Virus record (IMG/VR): IMGVR_UViG_3300037761_000215
Span: 1 to 49,915 of that record
Strand: one strand, 5' to 3'
Length of the DNA stretch: 49,915 nucleotides
From: a virus
Lineage: Duplodnaviria; Caudoviricetes
In this document: one piece after another, positions 9,217-19,289 of the stretch
Position numbering within the stretch: the first letter of the stretch is position 1
Layout: each line of letters opens with the position of its first letter
Program-made: the position numbers and the translations under genes
Notes under the pieces: model-generated
The model's database searches: none
Seen by the model: the letters and a program-made list of their open reading frames with translations, nothing else
Told to the model about the DNA's origin: nothing

Positions 9217-11934
9217 ATGACGATCGTCCGTTCGCTCGACGCCGCCAGCGACATCATTTTCACCACCGGCACCGGCGGCCTGGATGGGATCACCTACGGC
9301 ACCGTGGCGGTGCTGTTCAAGCCGTTGGCGCTCTACGACAATGCGGCGCGGACCCTGTTCCGGCTGCACGACTCGGCCGGGCTGGACCTCGGCGGCGTCG
9401 GGCTCAACGCATCCAACGAGGTGGTGTGGTCCGACGGGACCACCGAGTCAGCCGGTCCGGTCACCACCGCCGGTGACTGGCACGCGCTGGTCGCCCGCAA
9501 GGTCACCGGCAGCGCCACCCCGCGGTTCAGCCTGCTGAATGTCACGACCGGTATCCCATCTCACGCCGACGGGGACGTGGCGGTCGGGGACTGGACCGCC
9601 CCGGCCGGTGGCAGTATCCGGATGGCCATCGAGGGCGCGGTCGGCCCCGGCTCCTACGTGGCCGCAATGGGCGCGTGGGCGGACGAGTTGCCGTGGACCG
9701 CCGACTCGTTCGGTGACGACGACATCGAGGCGGCGCTCCTGGAGGAGCACCTCGACAACTGGCTGGCCGCCGTACCGTCGGCCGCGTGGGGATTCGGCCA
9801 GCCCTCGGACCACAACGTAGAGGATGTCACCGGCGGCCGGGCCGACCAGATCACCTTCGGCGGCGGCGGCTCAGTCTCGGCCGCCGACCTCGGCTTCCTG
9901 TACGAGGACACCGGCCTCTTCACCTTCAGCAAGAACTTCTACCGCACCACCCAGACCGAGCCGTTCACCGGCGGGATCGTCCGGGACCTGTCCGAAGCCG
10001 AGGGCACCCCGACCACCCTGACCTCGGCCAACGTGTCCGGCGGGTTCACGGAGGTCTTCCGCTTCCAGCGGGAGGTCGGCACCGCGGTCGGCAGCAGCAC
10101 GATCTCCACCCAGCTCCAGGTCACCGCGGTCAGCGCGGCCACACTCAGCTACCGGTGGCGGGTCCAGCGCTGGGACTCATCCGGGGTGCTCCAGGCCAGC
10201 TCGAGCTACTCGAGCGAGCAGAACACCGTCGGGATCAAGGTCCAGAGCTTCGAGTTGGCCACCACCTGGTCAGCCGGGGACATCCTGGCCGTCTCGGTCG
10301 AGCTCCGGAAGGCCTCCGGCGGCGGCAGCCGGAATATCACGATCGCAGTCAACGACCCCGACTCCTGGGCCGAGTTCGAGGTCGCGGTCGTGTCCCCCGC
10401 CCAGGTCACCGCATCCATCCCACTGACCGTCGCAGTCGCCCCCACCGCAGCCACCGACCACGCGGTCACCGCCGACATCCCGCTGACCGTGGCGCTGGCC
10501 GGCACCGCCCAGGCGCCCAGCGATACCGGGCTGATCTCCGGAACCGTCTCGGCCAACCCGGTCACCCTGTCCTGCGGGGTGGGCGAGCGGCTGATCTGCA
10601 TCGCGTTCAGCCGCGGCGGCGGCACTGGCTTCGCGGTCACTCCCAACGCCGGCGGCGCGTCTTGGGTCAACCGGGTGGCCGAGGCCACCTTGCCGGCCAA
10701 CGACCTGGCCCGCCGCTCACTCGGCGTGGCCGAGCTGGTCCCCACCTCGACGGTCACCGACGGGCTGTTCACCGCCGCCTGGTCGGCCGACCCGACCGAC
10801 GCTATATGGCTGCGGGTCCAGGAGGGTGGGGCGTTCGGTTTCGCCGACGCCGCGGTCGCCGACTCCGACACCGGCTCCGTCACATCCCTGGCCACCGGCG
10901 ACACCGCCAGCATCCCCGCCGGTGATCTGCTGCTGCTGGCCGCCGCGGCGATCCGCGACGGCGGCGCGGCCGGCATCGGCTGGGCGGCCACGGATGTGAA
11001 CCCGGGGCTGGTCGGCGGCGGGAACCTGCTGCTGGACGCCTACGCGGGCAAGGGCGCCGGGGGGAACGCCGGGGTCGGCGGCTACCTGATCCTGGACGGG
11101 CAGGGCGCCGGGGTCAGGGCGGACACGGTCACCCTGCCCGGTGGGGACGCCGGCAAGCGGATCACCGCCGCGTTGGTGGTGTGGTCCACCGGGGTCACCG
11201 CCGCCGCCCAGGTCACCGCCAACATCCCCCTGTCGATCGCGGTGGCCGGCACCACCGAGGCCGAGCACCAGGTGACCGCCGGGGTCGAGCTGGCGGTGGC
11301 GCTGGCCGGGACTGCCACCGCGCAGCACCAGGCCACCGCCGAGGTGGACCTGGCGGTCACGCTGGCCGGCACTGTCGCCGCCGACCACACCGTGACCACA
11401 GCTGTGCCGCTGGCCCTGAGCGTGGCGCCGGTGGTCGACGCGCCGGTGGTGGGCGCCCCGGCCGAGGTCACCGCCAACATCCCCCTCACGCTCGCCCTGA
11501 CCAGCACCGCACAGTCCGACCACCAGGTCACCACCGCCGTGCCGCTGACCCTGGCCACCGCCGGCACCGTGCAGGCCGAGCACCAGGCCACCACCACGCT
11601 CCCGCTGGCCCTGACCATCGCCCCGGTGGTCGACGCGCCCGTGCCCGGCGCGCCCAACCAGGTCACCGCCGGCATACCACTCGGCCTGACCTTGGCCGGA
11701 ACCACCACCACCGGCTACCAGGCCACCGCCGGCATACCACTCACCCTGACGCTCACCCCAGTCGGACACAACGACCGTGCCGTCACCGCTGCGATCACCC
11801 TTGCCCTGGCGCTCGCGGGCGTCGTCGCCGCGTTCGACCCGAACCGGCCCGGCCACTCGTCACCGGTACCGCCGCAGCGGCCGACCGCCACCCTGATCTG
11901 GCCACGGGTCCCAACCTCAGGAGGTGTCGCTTGA
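9217..11934 (+). CDS. Large fibre-like virion protein (LamG/ConA-like N-domain, ~20-aa repeats)
   Basis: 905 aa; 'GDWHALVA' lectin-like strand; about 12 repeats of xxQVTAxIPLxxALAGT. Confidence 0.75.
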   Translation: MTIVRSLDAASDIIFTTGTGGLDGITYGTVAVLFKPLALYDNAARTLFRLHDSAGLDLGGVGLNASNEVVWSDGTTESAGPVTTAGDWHALVARKVTGSATPRFSLLNVTTGIPSHADGDVAVGDWTAPAGGSIRMAIEGAVGPGSYVAAMGAWADELPWTADSFGDDDIEAALLEEHLDNWLAAVPSAAWGFGQPSDHNVEDVTGGRADQITFGGGGSVSAADLGFLYEDTGLFTFSKNFYRTTQTEPFTGGIVRDLSEAEGTPTTLTSANVSGGFTEVFRFQREVGTAVGSSTISTQLQVTAVSAATLSYRWRVQRWDSSGVLQASSSYSSEQNTVGIKVQSFELATTWSAGDILAVSVELRKASGGGSRNITIAVNDPDSWAEFEVAVVSPAQVTASIPLTVAVAPTAATDHAVTADIPLTVALAGTAQAPSDTGLISGTVSANPVTLSCGVGERLICIAFSRGGGTGFAVTPNAGGASWVNRVAEATLPANDLARRSLGVAELVPTSTVTDGLFTAAWSADPTDAIWLRVQEGGAFGFADAAVADSDTGSVTSLATGDTASIPAGDLLLLAAAAIRDGGAAGIGWAATDVNPGLVGGGNLLLDAYAGKGAGGNAGVGGYLILDGQGAGVRADTVTLPGGDAGKRITAALVVWSTGVTAAAQVTANIPLSIAVAGTTEAEHQVTAGVELAVALAGTATAQHQATAEVDLAVTLAGTVAADHTVTTAVPLALSVAPVVDAPVVGAPAEVTANIPLTLALTSTAQSDHQVTTAVPLTLATAGTVQAEHQATTTLPLALTIAPVVDAPVPGAPNQVTAGIPLGLTLAGTTTTGYQATAGIPLTLTLTPVGHNDRAVTAAITLALALAGVVAAFDPNRPGHSSPVPPQRPTATLIWPRVPTSGGVA

Positions 11935-12776
11935 TTGATCTCGGCGACGTTTTCCAGGTTGCCCTGGCGATCCGGGATGCCGACGGTGAGTTGACCGACC
12001 CGGCCACCTCGGTCCTGACCATCACCCTGCCCGACGGCACCAGCGTCACCCCGTCGGTGCCGGCGCCGGTCGAGACCGGCATCCTGCGGGTGGACTACCC
12101 GACCGTGCAGGCCGGGCTGCACCGCTGGCGGATGATCACCACCGGCCCGATCACCGCCCACACGGATGTCTTCGATGTCCGTGACGCCACCCCGCCGCTG
12201 CTGTTCTCGCTAGCTGATGCCAAGGAGCATCTGAATATCGCCGCCACGATCACCACCCATGACGAGGAGGTGCGCCGCTTCTTGGAGGCGGTCACCGAGA
12301 TCGTTGAGCACAACCCGGAGTGGGGGGTGGGTCCGGTGGCGGTGCGCACCTACACCGACCGGGTGCACGACTACGCCACCCGGACGCTGGTGCTGCGACA
12401 CCGGCCGGTGCTGGCCGTCACCTCGGTAACCGCGGTGCTGGACGGCGGCACCGACTACGACCCGCTGGAGCTGGACGTGGACGAGCAGGCCGGGGTGGTC
12501 ATCCGCAAGGGCGCCGCCGGGCTGTGGTTCACCGGCGGCCCGTGGGACGTGGTCTACCCCGCCGGCCGGCGGCAGGTGTCGGCCGCGATCACCCACGCCG
12601 GCCGGATCATCCTGCAGCACCTGTGGGCCACCCAGCGGGGGCGGGAGTCCCGCCGGCCACCGTCGGCGAGCTCCGGCGACGGGGTCGAGGCCCGGGCGGC
12701 GGGCCTGACCTTCTCGGTGCCGCGGCGGGCGATCGAGCTGCTGGGCGGCGAGGCTCAGGCCGGCGGGTTCGCGTGA
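11931..12776 (+). CDS. Head-to-tail adaptor (gp6-like) with N-terminal extra beta domain
   Basis: RBS AGGAGGT then TTG; 'SLADAKEHLNI...DEEVRRFLEAVTEIVE', 'ILQHLWATQRG'. Confidence 0.8.
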   Translation: MIDLGDVFQVALAIRDADGELTDPATSVLTITLPDGTSVTPSVPAPVETGILRVDYPTVQAGLHRWRMITTGPITAHTDVFDVRDATPPLLFSLADAKEHLNIAATITTHDEEVRRFLEAVTEIVEHNPEWGVGPVAVRTYTDRVHDYATRTLVLRHRPVLAVTSVTAVLDGGTDYDPLELDVDEQAGVVIRKGAAGLWFTGGPWDVVYPAGRRQVSAAITHAGRIILQHLWATQRGRESRRPPSASSGDGVEARAAGLTFSVPRRAIELLGGEAQAGGFA

Positions 12777-13219
12777 GCACGATCCCGGCCGCGCTGGATG
12801 CGATGCTGGCCGCCTTCCGGGCGGCGCTACCCGGTGTGCAGGTGCTGGATGGCCCGGACGTGGCCGACTGGGAGGACGAGCTGGTCATCGTCGGCTGGTC
12901 GGAGCAGCTTCCGTCGGTGGCCGTGGATCTGGCCCGGCAGTCGGCGGGGGTGGATGACCGGGAGACCTACGACGTGGCCTGTCACATCTCGGTGGTCTCC
13001 GGTGACACCGTGCTGCGACCGCCCCGGCTCCGCGCGTTCGAGTTGTTCGACTCGTTGGTGGCCGAGCTGCGGCGTGACCAGACCCTGGGTGGGGTGGTGA
13101 TGCGCGCCCGGCCGGCCGTGGTGGACCTGGATCAGGTTCAGCTGGAGGGTGAGGAGACCGCCGGGGGTGCTTCGGTCGCCCTGACGTTCGTGGTCAGCTG
13201 CGACGCGTTTGCCTACTGA
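12773..13219 (+). CDS. Tail terminator / neck protein
   Basis: GTGA overlap; 'VLDGP', 'LRRDQTLGGVV'; position in the neck module. Confidence 0.7.
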   Translation: MSTIPAALDAMLAAFRAALPGVQVLDGPDVADWEDELVIVGWSEQLPSVAVDLARQSAGVDDRETYDVACHISVVSGDTVLRPPRLRAFELFDSLVAELRRDQTLGGVVMRARPAVVDLDQVQLEGEETAGGASVALTFVVSCDAFAY

Positions 13220-13710
13220 CCGATCGTCAGCGTTGGTCCGTCCAGGACGGTTGACAGGTCACTCTCCTGATACACGACCACGCCCCGATGTGAGACCTCA
13301 ATGCCGTACAGGCCACGTCCGGCAGGAACGCCGGCAACCTCAAACGGGAACACGCACGAACCCCCGATCCTGGACCCGTCACCGCCAACGGTTCCCCCTG
13401 CCCCGAGGTGACCGACCGCAAGCACCGTCCCGTCAGGTGCGGTGACGGTCACCTGGGCGCCCGGTGCGATGTCGTCATAGCCACCTTCCCCGATGCATTC
13501 CTGGGTGTAGATGCCATACCCAGCATCGGGGTCGCGGAGGGTCAGTGTGCCGCGGACATGCAGGGTGTCGGGCTGGTTGTCGGCTGTGGCTGCTACAGCA
13601 ATCATGGTCGACCCGCCGCCGACTAGGAGCGCCGCGACGGTGGCCAGTGCCCATCGCCGCCGCTTGATGAAGGCCTTGAGCCGCGTGCGCGGCATGTCTG
13701 TGGAGGTCAT
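13213..13710 (-). CDS. Membrane-anchored protein, antisense moron
   Basis: Basic N-terminus plus a TM helix, then 'C.G.GGYDDI.PGAQVTVT...CVFPFEV..VP...YGIEVSHRG'; lower GC. Confidence 0.75.
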   Translation of the reverse strand: MTSTDMPRTRLKAFIKRRRWALATVAALLVGGGSTMIAVAATADNQPDTLHVRGTLTLRDPDAGYGIYTQECIGEGGYDDIAPGAQVTVTAPDGTVLAVGHLGAGGTVGGDGSRIGGSCVFPFEVAGVPAGRGLYGIEVSHRGVVVYQESDLSTVLDGPTLTIGQ

Positions 13711-13773
13711 GCCGCGCACGCTACACCCCGTAGTCAACCGGCAGTAGAGCCGAACGTCCCCAAGGGGGGTGCC

Positions 13774-14202
13774 GTGCCAGTCCACGGGCGTGATGCGGTG
13801 CGGAAGCTGGTCCAGGACTTGGGCGCGCTGCCGGAGACGCTGCGCAAGGAGCTGGCCCCGGAACTGCTCCGCGCCGCCCGGCCGGTGCTTGAGGACGCGC
13901 GTCGCCGGGCAGGCTGGTCCAGCCGGATCCCGGGTGCGATGTGGCTGCGGATGTCCCGCTCCCGGAAGAAGCCGGGAGTGCGGCTGGGGGTCTCCACCAT
14001 CAAGGCCCCGCATGCGCGGCTGTACGAGTTCGGCCAGGACCGGCGCGGCTTCCGTCATCCCGTCTTCGGCAACCGGGAGCTGTGGGTCCAGGAGCGGGTG
14101 CGGCCGTACCTGATCCCGGCGGTGAAGGCCGGCCGGGACGGGTTCTTGGAGGCTGCCGACCGGGCGGCCGCGACCGCGGCGCGTCGCCGCGGCTGGCGAT
14201 AA
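13774..14202 (+). CDS. HK97 gp10-like tail completion protein
   Basis: 'APHARLYEFG...RHPVFGNR..WV.E..RPYLIPAV'. Confidence 0.75.
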   Translation: MPVHGRDAVRKLVQDLGALPETLRKELAPELLRAARPVLEDARRRAGWSSRIPGAMWLRMSRSRKKPGVRLGVSTIKAPHARLYEFGQDRRGFRHPVFGNRELWVQERVRPYLIPAVKAGRDGFLEAADRAAATAARRRGWR

Positions 14203-14215
14203 GAGAGGGCAAGAC

Positions 14216-14536
14216 ATGGCGACAGTGGCAACCGAACCGGTGCCGACGACCGGCCTGGACGCGACCGCGAACGCGGCTACCCCCACCACCGGGGACAAGG
14301 TGCGACCGGACAGCATCGTCCGGGTGATCAACGCCTCGGGCGTGTCGGTCACCGTGACAATGGTGACGCCCCAGCTGGTCGACGGCGACCTGACCGTCAC
14401 TGATCGGACAGTGGCCGTGCCCGCAGGCGATGCCCGCTATATCCGGGCCACCAGCACCTACCGGAACCCGACGGACGGGTTGGTGACGCTGACTTGGTCG
14501 GCGACGGCCTCCGTCACCTTCGAAGTTATCAGCTGA
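14216..14536 (+). CDS. Hypothetical structural protein
   Basis: RBS GAGGG; Thr/Val-rich; lies ahead of the tail tube gene. Confidence 0.7.
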   Translation: MATVATEPVPTTGLDATANAATPTTGDKVRPDSIVRVINASGVSVTVTMVTPQLVDGDLTVTDRTVAVPAGDARYIRATSTYRNPTDGLVTLTWSATASVTFEVIS

Positions 14537-14545
14537 AGGGAATAC

Positions 14546-14875
14546 GTGAAGATGACTACTGTATTTACCACTGTCTGGGGTCATCAAAGCACCATCGCGA
14601 ACGCCAAGGGCATAGCCATGGTTACGGCCGGCGCTCAAGACATTGGGACGCACGCCATTAGTGGTGGTGGGTTCGCTGAAACTGAGAGTTCGTCCAACAC
14701 CAACAGTACGGACGTGTGGGGCAATGATGCGTCCGGAATGGTCCCTATCGTCCTAATGAGCCGTCAGTACGACTCCAATACGGACACCACATGGTGGGTG
14801 CTGGCATTCGCGGCACCACCGAACACGGTGTTGCGTTGCCATACCTTCGCCGTTACGGCCGAAGAGGTGTCCTGA
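14546..14875 (+). CDS. Hypothetical protein (low-GC insert)
   Basis: RBS AAGGGA; TGATG coupling to the next gene; atypical codon usage. Confidence 0.6.
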   Translation: MKMTTVFTTVWGHQSTIANAKGIAMVTAGAQDIGTHAISGGGFAETESSSNTNSTDVWGNDASGMVPIVLMSRQYDSNTDTTWWVLAFAAPPNTVLRCHTFAVTAEEVS

Positions 14876-15066
14876 TGGCGTGGATCTACCATCCGACGCT
14901 GGATCGGACCGTCGAGGTCCCCGACTCGGCCGTGCTGGTGTGGGCCGCCGCCGGCTGGCAGGAGACCGAACCACCGCCGCCGCCTAAGCCTGAGCCCGAG
15001 CCGGTCGTTGGCCGGCGCCGTAAGAGCCAGCCGGCCGCCGCCGGCACCGACAGCACTGAGGAGTAG
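14875..15066 (+). CDS. Small hypothetical protein
   Basis: RBS GAGGTG; 'WIYHPTLDRTVEVP...AAGW'. Confidence 0.7.
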   Translation: MAWIYHPTLDRTVEVPDSAVLVWAAAGWQETEPPPPPKPEPEPVVGRRRKSQPAAAGTDSTEE

Positions 15067-15069
15067 CAA

Positions 15070-15564
15070 ATGGTAGCGACACCGATCACCGCGGCGGTCC
15101 GGTACATCCACCCCGGGGTCTCCAAAATGTACTTCCTGACCTCTATCGCGGCGGCCAGCCTTCAGGCGACCCGCTCCGAGCTGAACGCCGGCACCGACCT
15201 GAGCCCGGAGCTCCGTGCCACCACCGGGTGGAACGTGTCCAGCAACATCGTCGACGCGCCGGATGCCGGCAGCGCGTTCACAAGCAAGGTCATCGGCCGC
15301 ACCACGGCCGACAGCAGCACGGCGACGTTCTACATGACCAAGACGGGTGCGGATGCGTTGCGCGCGCTGCTGCCTCGGGGCACGGTCGGGTTCGTGGTCT
15401 TCTGCTGGGGTGGTGACGTGTCGGCGAACCTGGCGGACACGTTCCCGGCCACGGTGGCCTCGGCGGCCAAGTCTGTGGACCTTGCGGGTGAGGACCCGGC
15501 CAACGTGGTGATCAGCTTCGCGATCACCCGGACGCCGGCTATTGACTGGGCGTTGCCGGCCTGA
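15070..15564 (+). CDS. Major tail (tube) protein
   Basis: 'TRSELNAGTDLS', 'FTSKVIGR', 'GGDV'; directly precedes the chaperones. Confidence 0.88.
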   Translation: MVATPITAAVRYIHPGVSKMYFLTSIAAASLQATRSELNAGTDLSPELRATTGWNVSSNIVDAPDAGSAFTSKVIGRTTADSSTATFYMTKTGADALRALLPRGTVGFVVFCWGGDVSANLADTFPATVASAAKSVDLAGEDPANVVISFAITRTPAIDWALPA

Positions 15565-16142
15565 TGGCCCAGCGCAAGAGGGCGGCCGGGGCCGGTAACA
15601 GCCAGCGGGACCGGCTGCTGCGCCGGCCCCGGCCGTCGTTGCCGTTCCCGATCCAGGTTGACGACCCGGCCGAGGCCCGAAGGCGGCTGGCCGAGGTGCG
15701 ACGGCTGGCCCGGCAGGCGATGTTGCGGCATGAGGAGGACACCGACGAGTACCGGGCGGCTGCGGCGGAGCTGGCGAAGGCTGAGGCTGCGGTGGACGCC
15801 TGCTACGAGGTGGTCACGTTGACCGCGATGCCGCCGGCGGCGTACGAGCTGGCCAAGACCGAGCACCCGCCCACCGCCGAGCAGATCGCCGAGGCGCAGC
15901 GCCGGGAGCAGCTTCCGCCCGACTGCAACGAGGACACCTTCCCCCCGTTCGTGCTGGCCGCCGGCTGCAACAACGGGATGACCGTGGAGGACTGGGAGGC
16001 GTTCCTGACCGAGCACTGCTCGGACGGTGAGGCCACCGAGCTGCGGGTGGTGATCCTGGGGCTGAACGAACGGCCGCGGATGGCCGAGTCGGCAGTGCTC
16101 CCAAAAGGATGGACCACGACCCTCAGCTCGCCGTTGAGCTGA
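15564..16142 (+). CDS. Tail assembly chaperone (gpG-like)
   Basis: Between tail tube and tape measure; slippery site near the 3' end. Confidence 0.85.
   Translation: MAQRKRAAGAGNSQRDRLLRRPRPSLPFPIQVDDPAEARRRLAEVRRLARQAMLRHEEDTDEYRAAAAELAKAEAAVDACYEVVTLTAMPPAAYELAKTEHPPTAEQIAEAQRREQLPPDCNEDTFPPFVLAAGCNNGMTVEDWEAFLTEHCSDGEATELRVVILGLNERPRMAESAVLPKGWTTTLSSPLS
16100..16106 (+). other. Programmed -1 frameshift site C CCA AAA
   Basis: XXXYYYZ heptamer in the chaperone frame; a -1 shift reads CCC AAA AGG ATG GAC, the frame of ORF 16109-16459. Confidence 0.85.
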
Positions 16143-16459
16143 GGGTCTGCCGTGCGTACGGCATCCCACACACCGCGTTCCTGGAGTGGGAGAAGTCCGA
16201 CCGGGACAAGGCGATCTGGGAGCACGTCCGGTCGTTGACCGCCTGCGGTGGCTGCGGTACCCGGCCGGAGGAGTGGGACCCGAACCGCGGCGGGCATCCG
16301 CACGCCTACCGGGCGGTGCCTGAGCCCTGCCCCGGCTGTCAGCAGCTGGAGTCGTTGCGGGCCACGTTGTCCAAGCGGGACCCGGCCGAGACCCGCGGCA
16401 TCCACGTCAAGCTGATCCGCAACGAGGAGGTGCGCCGTGCCCGGCTCGATGCGGCGTGA
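16109..16459 (+). CDS. Tail assembly chaperone frameshift extension (gpT-like)
   Basis: -1 frame overlap; 'YGIPHTAFL..W...DRDKA', CxxCG...CxGC. Confidence 0.82.
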   Translation: MDHDPQLAVELRVCRAYGIPHTAFLEWEKSDRDKAIWEHVRSLTACGGCGTRPEEWDPNRGGHPHAYRAVPEPCPGCQQLESLRATLSKRDPAETRGIHVKLIRNEEVRRARLDAA

Positions 16460-19289
16460 CCTCGTCCTGGACATCCGAGCCGAGGACAAAGATTTCGAGC
16501 GGCCGGTCAAGTCGGCGGCCGCCTCCGCCAGTGTCTTCGAGCGCGAGCTGGCGAAGCTGGAGGCGCGGCAGGCCCGGGTGGACCGGGCCATGACCGGTCT
16601 CGGCCGGGGGATGCTGGTCGCCGGGGCGGCGATCGCCGCCGGGCTGGCCCTGTCGGTGCGGGCCGCGATCGACTGGGAGTCATCCTGGGCCGGGGTGCTG
16701 AAGACCGTCGAGGGCACCGACGCTCAGATGGCGGCGCTTGAGGAGGACATCCGGGACCTGACCGGGGTGCTGCCGGCCAGCCACCGGGAGATCGCGGCGG
16801 TCGCCGAGGCCGCCGGCCAGCTTGGCATCCAGCGCGAGAACGTCGCCGCCTTCACCCGGACCATGATCGACATGGGTGAGGCTACCAACCTCACCTCGGA
16901 TGAGGCCGCGACCTCGCTGGCCCGGCTGATGAACATCATGCAGACCGCCCCGGAGAACGTGTCCCGGCTGGCGTCCGCGATCGTCGACCTGGGCAACAAG
17001 GGTGCCACCACCGAGAGCGAGATCACCGAGATGGCGCTGCGGATCGCCGGCGCCGGCAACACCATCGGGCTGACCGAGGACCAGGTGGTCGGGTTCGCCG
17101 CCGCACTGTCCAACGTTGGTATCCGGGCGGAGGCCGGCGGCACCGCCATCTCCAGAGTCTTCCTGGAGATCGACTCGTCGGTGCGCCGCGGTGGTGACCG
17201 GCTGGAGATCTTCGCCGAGACCGCGGGGGTCACCGCCGCCGAGTTCCGGCAGGCCTACCAGGTCGACGCCGGTGGCGCGATCGCCTCGTTCATCGCCGGG
17301 CTGGGCCGGGTGCAGACCTCCGGCGGGGACGTCAATGCGGTGCTCGACCAGCTCGGGTTGACCAACATTCGGGTGTCGGACGCGCTGCGGCGGCTGTCCG
17401 GGTCCGGGGACAACCTGACCCGGACGCTGCGGATCGGCTCGCAGGCGTGGGACGAGAACACCGCGCTGGCGGAGGAGGCGGAGCGCCGGTACGGCACCAC
17501 CGCCGCGCAGCTGCGCATTGCCAGGAACCAGGTGAATGACTTCGCGATCGACATGGGCAACAACTTCCTGCCGGTGCTCGGCGAGGCGGCGGACAAGCTG
17601 GCCGGTATCGCCGGGGTGATCGGTGACCTGCCCCAGCCGGTCAAGGCGGCGCTGGCCGTGCTTGCCCTGGCGGCCGCCGCGATCACGCTGACCGGCGGTG
17701 CCGCGCTGGTGGCCGTCCCCAAGGTGCTGGCTTTCAAGGCTGCCCTGGACACGGTGCAAAACTCCGGCGGCCGGGCGGCGACCGCGGTGGGCCTGTTCCG
17801 CCGGGTGACCGCGGCGGTGCCGCTCGGCCCGCTCGCCGCCGCGCTGGGCGTGGCCACCGTCGCGTTCGGGATCTTCGCCGCCAAGCAGGCCGAGGGCAAG
17901 CAGCGGATCGAGGAGGTCTCCGAGACGCTCGACCAGCAGACCGGCGCGGTCACCCACAACACCCGCGCCTGGGTCGCCAACGACCTGGACAAGCGGGGCA
18001 TCCTGGAGCGGGCCGAGCAGCTCGGCCTCGACCTTGCGACCGTCACCGACGCGGTGCTCGGCGAGGAGGTCGCGGTCCAGGAGCTGAACGCCGCGCTGGA
18101 GCAGGGCGCCATGGCCACGCTGGACATCGACTCAGCGGTCCGCGAATACGCCGCATCCCTGAGGGAGCAGGGGCTGACCCAGCTGGACGTGGCGGCCAAG
18201 ACGGCCCAGTACGAGGCGGAGCTGGAGGGGCAGGCCCGGGCGGCGCGGGATGTCCGCGGCGCGTACCAGGGACTGACCGATGACCTCGACGAGGCCGGCG
18301 AGTCTACCCGCCGACAGGCGGAGGCCATGGGTGAGTCGGGTGATGCTATGGATGCCCTTGACCCTCAGGCGCGGAACCTCGCCACCACGTTCGGGGTAAC
18401 CGCCGAGGAGGCCGAGGGGTTGACCGCCGGTGTGGACGATCTCGATAAGGCGCTGAAGGGCCTGTTCGACATCATGTTCAGCGTCGAGGAGGCCCAGGAC
18501 GCTACCGCCGAGGCGATGCGCCGGCTGGTCGAGGCGGCGAAGGAGGGCGGCACCGCGCTGGATGGGAACAGCAAGGCGGCGTTGGACAACCGCGGCAACG
18601 TCCGGGATCTGATCTCGGCCGACATGGATCTGATCACGGCGATGGCCGATGCCGGAGCCGGCGCTGAGGATCTACAGACAGAGACGGAACGGCTGCGGCA
18701 GAAGTTCGTCGATCAGATGCGCCAGGCCGGGTTCAGCGAGGAGGCGATCGAGCGCTACGCCGAGGCCTACGACCTGATCCCGTCCGAGGTGGCCACCCGG
18801 ATCCAGACGCCGGGGATGAGCAGGGCGGAACAGAACGCGCGAAATCTGAGGCTGGCGATCGACCGGATACCCGCATACAAGCGCGTCAACATCGACATTC
18901 ACCAGTCATACATCGCGCCGGTGGGCTCGCAGCGGATTGCGTTCCAGCACGGCGGCGAGGTGCGCGGCCCGGCCGGGCCGGACCAGGTACCCGTGATGGC
19001 CACCGCCGGTGAGATCATGATCCGGCGGCCGGTGGCCCAGCAGAACCGGGCCGCGCTGCTGGCGCTGAACGCCACCGGCCGGTGGCCGGTGGGCGGTGCT
19101 GCGGCTCCGGCGGCCAGTGCGGAGCCGGCCGCCGCACTGCTAACCCGAGCAATCCAGCAGGAGAGGGCGCCGCTGGTGATCCGGGTCGAGTCGGGGCCGT
19201 CCGAGCTGGACCGGGCGATCGCCACGATCGTGGCCCGCGGTGTGCGTAACAACCCGGCCTTCCGAGCTGTGATGAGGGTGCCGGAATGA
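16437..19289 (+). CDS. Tape measure protein (TP901-like core)
   Basis: 950 aa, Ala-rich helical; 'AEAAGQLGI', 'LGNKGATTESEI', 'AEAGGTAISR'. Confidence 0.95.
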   Translation: MPGSMRRDLVLDIRAEDKDFERPVKSAAASASVFERELAKLEARQARVDRAMTGLGRGMLVAGAAIAAGLALSVRAAIDWESSWAGVLKTVEGTDAQMAALEEDIRDLTGVLPASHREIAAVAEAAGQLGIQRENVAAFTRTMIDMGEATNLTSDEAATSLARLMNIMQTAPENVSRLASAIVDLGNKGATTESEITEMALRIAGAGNTIGLTEDQVVGFAAALSNVGIRAEAGGTAISRVFLEIDSSVRRGGDRLEIFAETAGVTAAEFRQAYQVDAGGAIASFIAGLGRVQTSGGDVNAVLDQLGLTNIRVSDALRRLSGSGDNLTRTLRIGSQAWDENTALAEEAERRYGTTAAQLRIARNQVNDFAIDMGNNFLPVLGEAADKLAGIAGVIGDLPQPVKAALAVLALAAAAITLTGGAALVAVPKVLAFKAALDTVQNSGGRAATAVGLFRRVTAAVPLGPLAAALGVATVAFGIFAAKQAEGKQRIEEVSETLDQQTGAVTHNTRAWVANDLDKRGILERAEQLGLDLATVTDAVLGEEVAVQELNAALEQGAMATLDIDSAVREYAASLREQGLTQLDVAAKTAQYEAELEGQARAARDVRGAYQGLTDDLDEAGESTRRQAEAMGESGDAMDALDPQARNLATTFGVTAEEAEGLTAGVDDLDKALKGLFDIMFSVEEAQDATAEAMRRLVEAAKEGGTALDGNSKAALDNRGNVRDLISADMDLITAMADAGAGAEDLQTETERLRQKFVDQMRQAGFSEEAIERYAEAYDLIPSEVATRIQTPGMSRAEQNARNLRLAIDRIPAYKRVNIDIHQSYIAPVGSQRIAFQHGGEVRGPAGPDQVPVMATAGEIMIRRPVAQQNRAALLALNATGRWPVGGAAAPAASAEPAAALLTRAIQQERAPLVIRVESGPSELDRAIATIVARGVRNNPAFRAVMRVPE

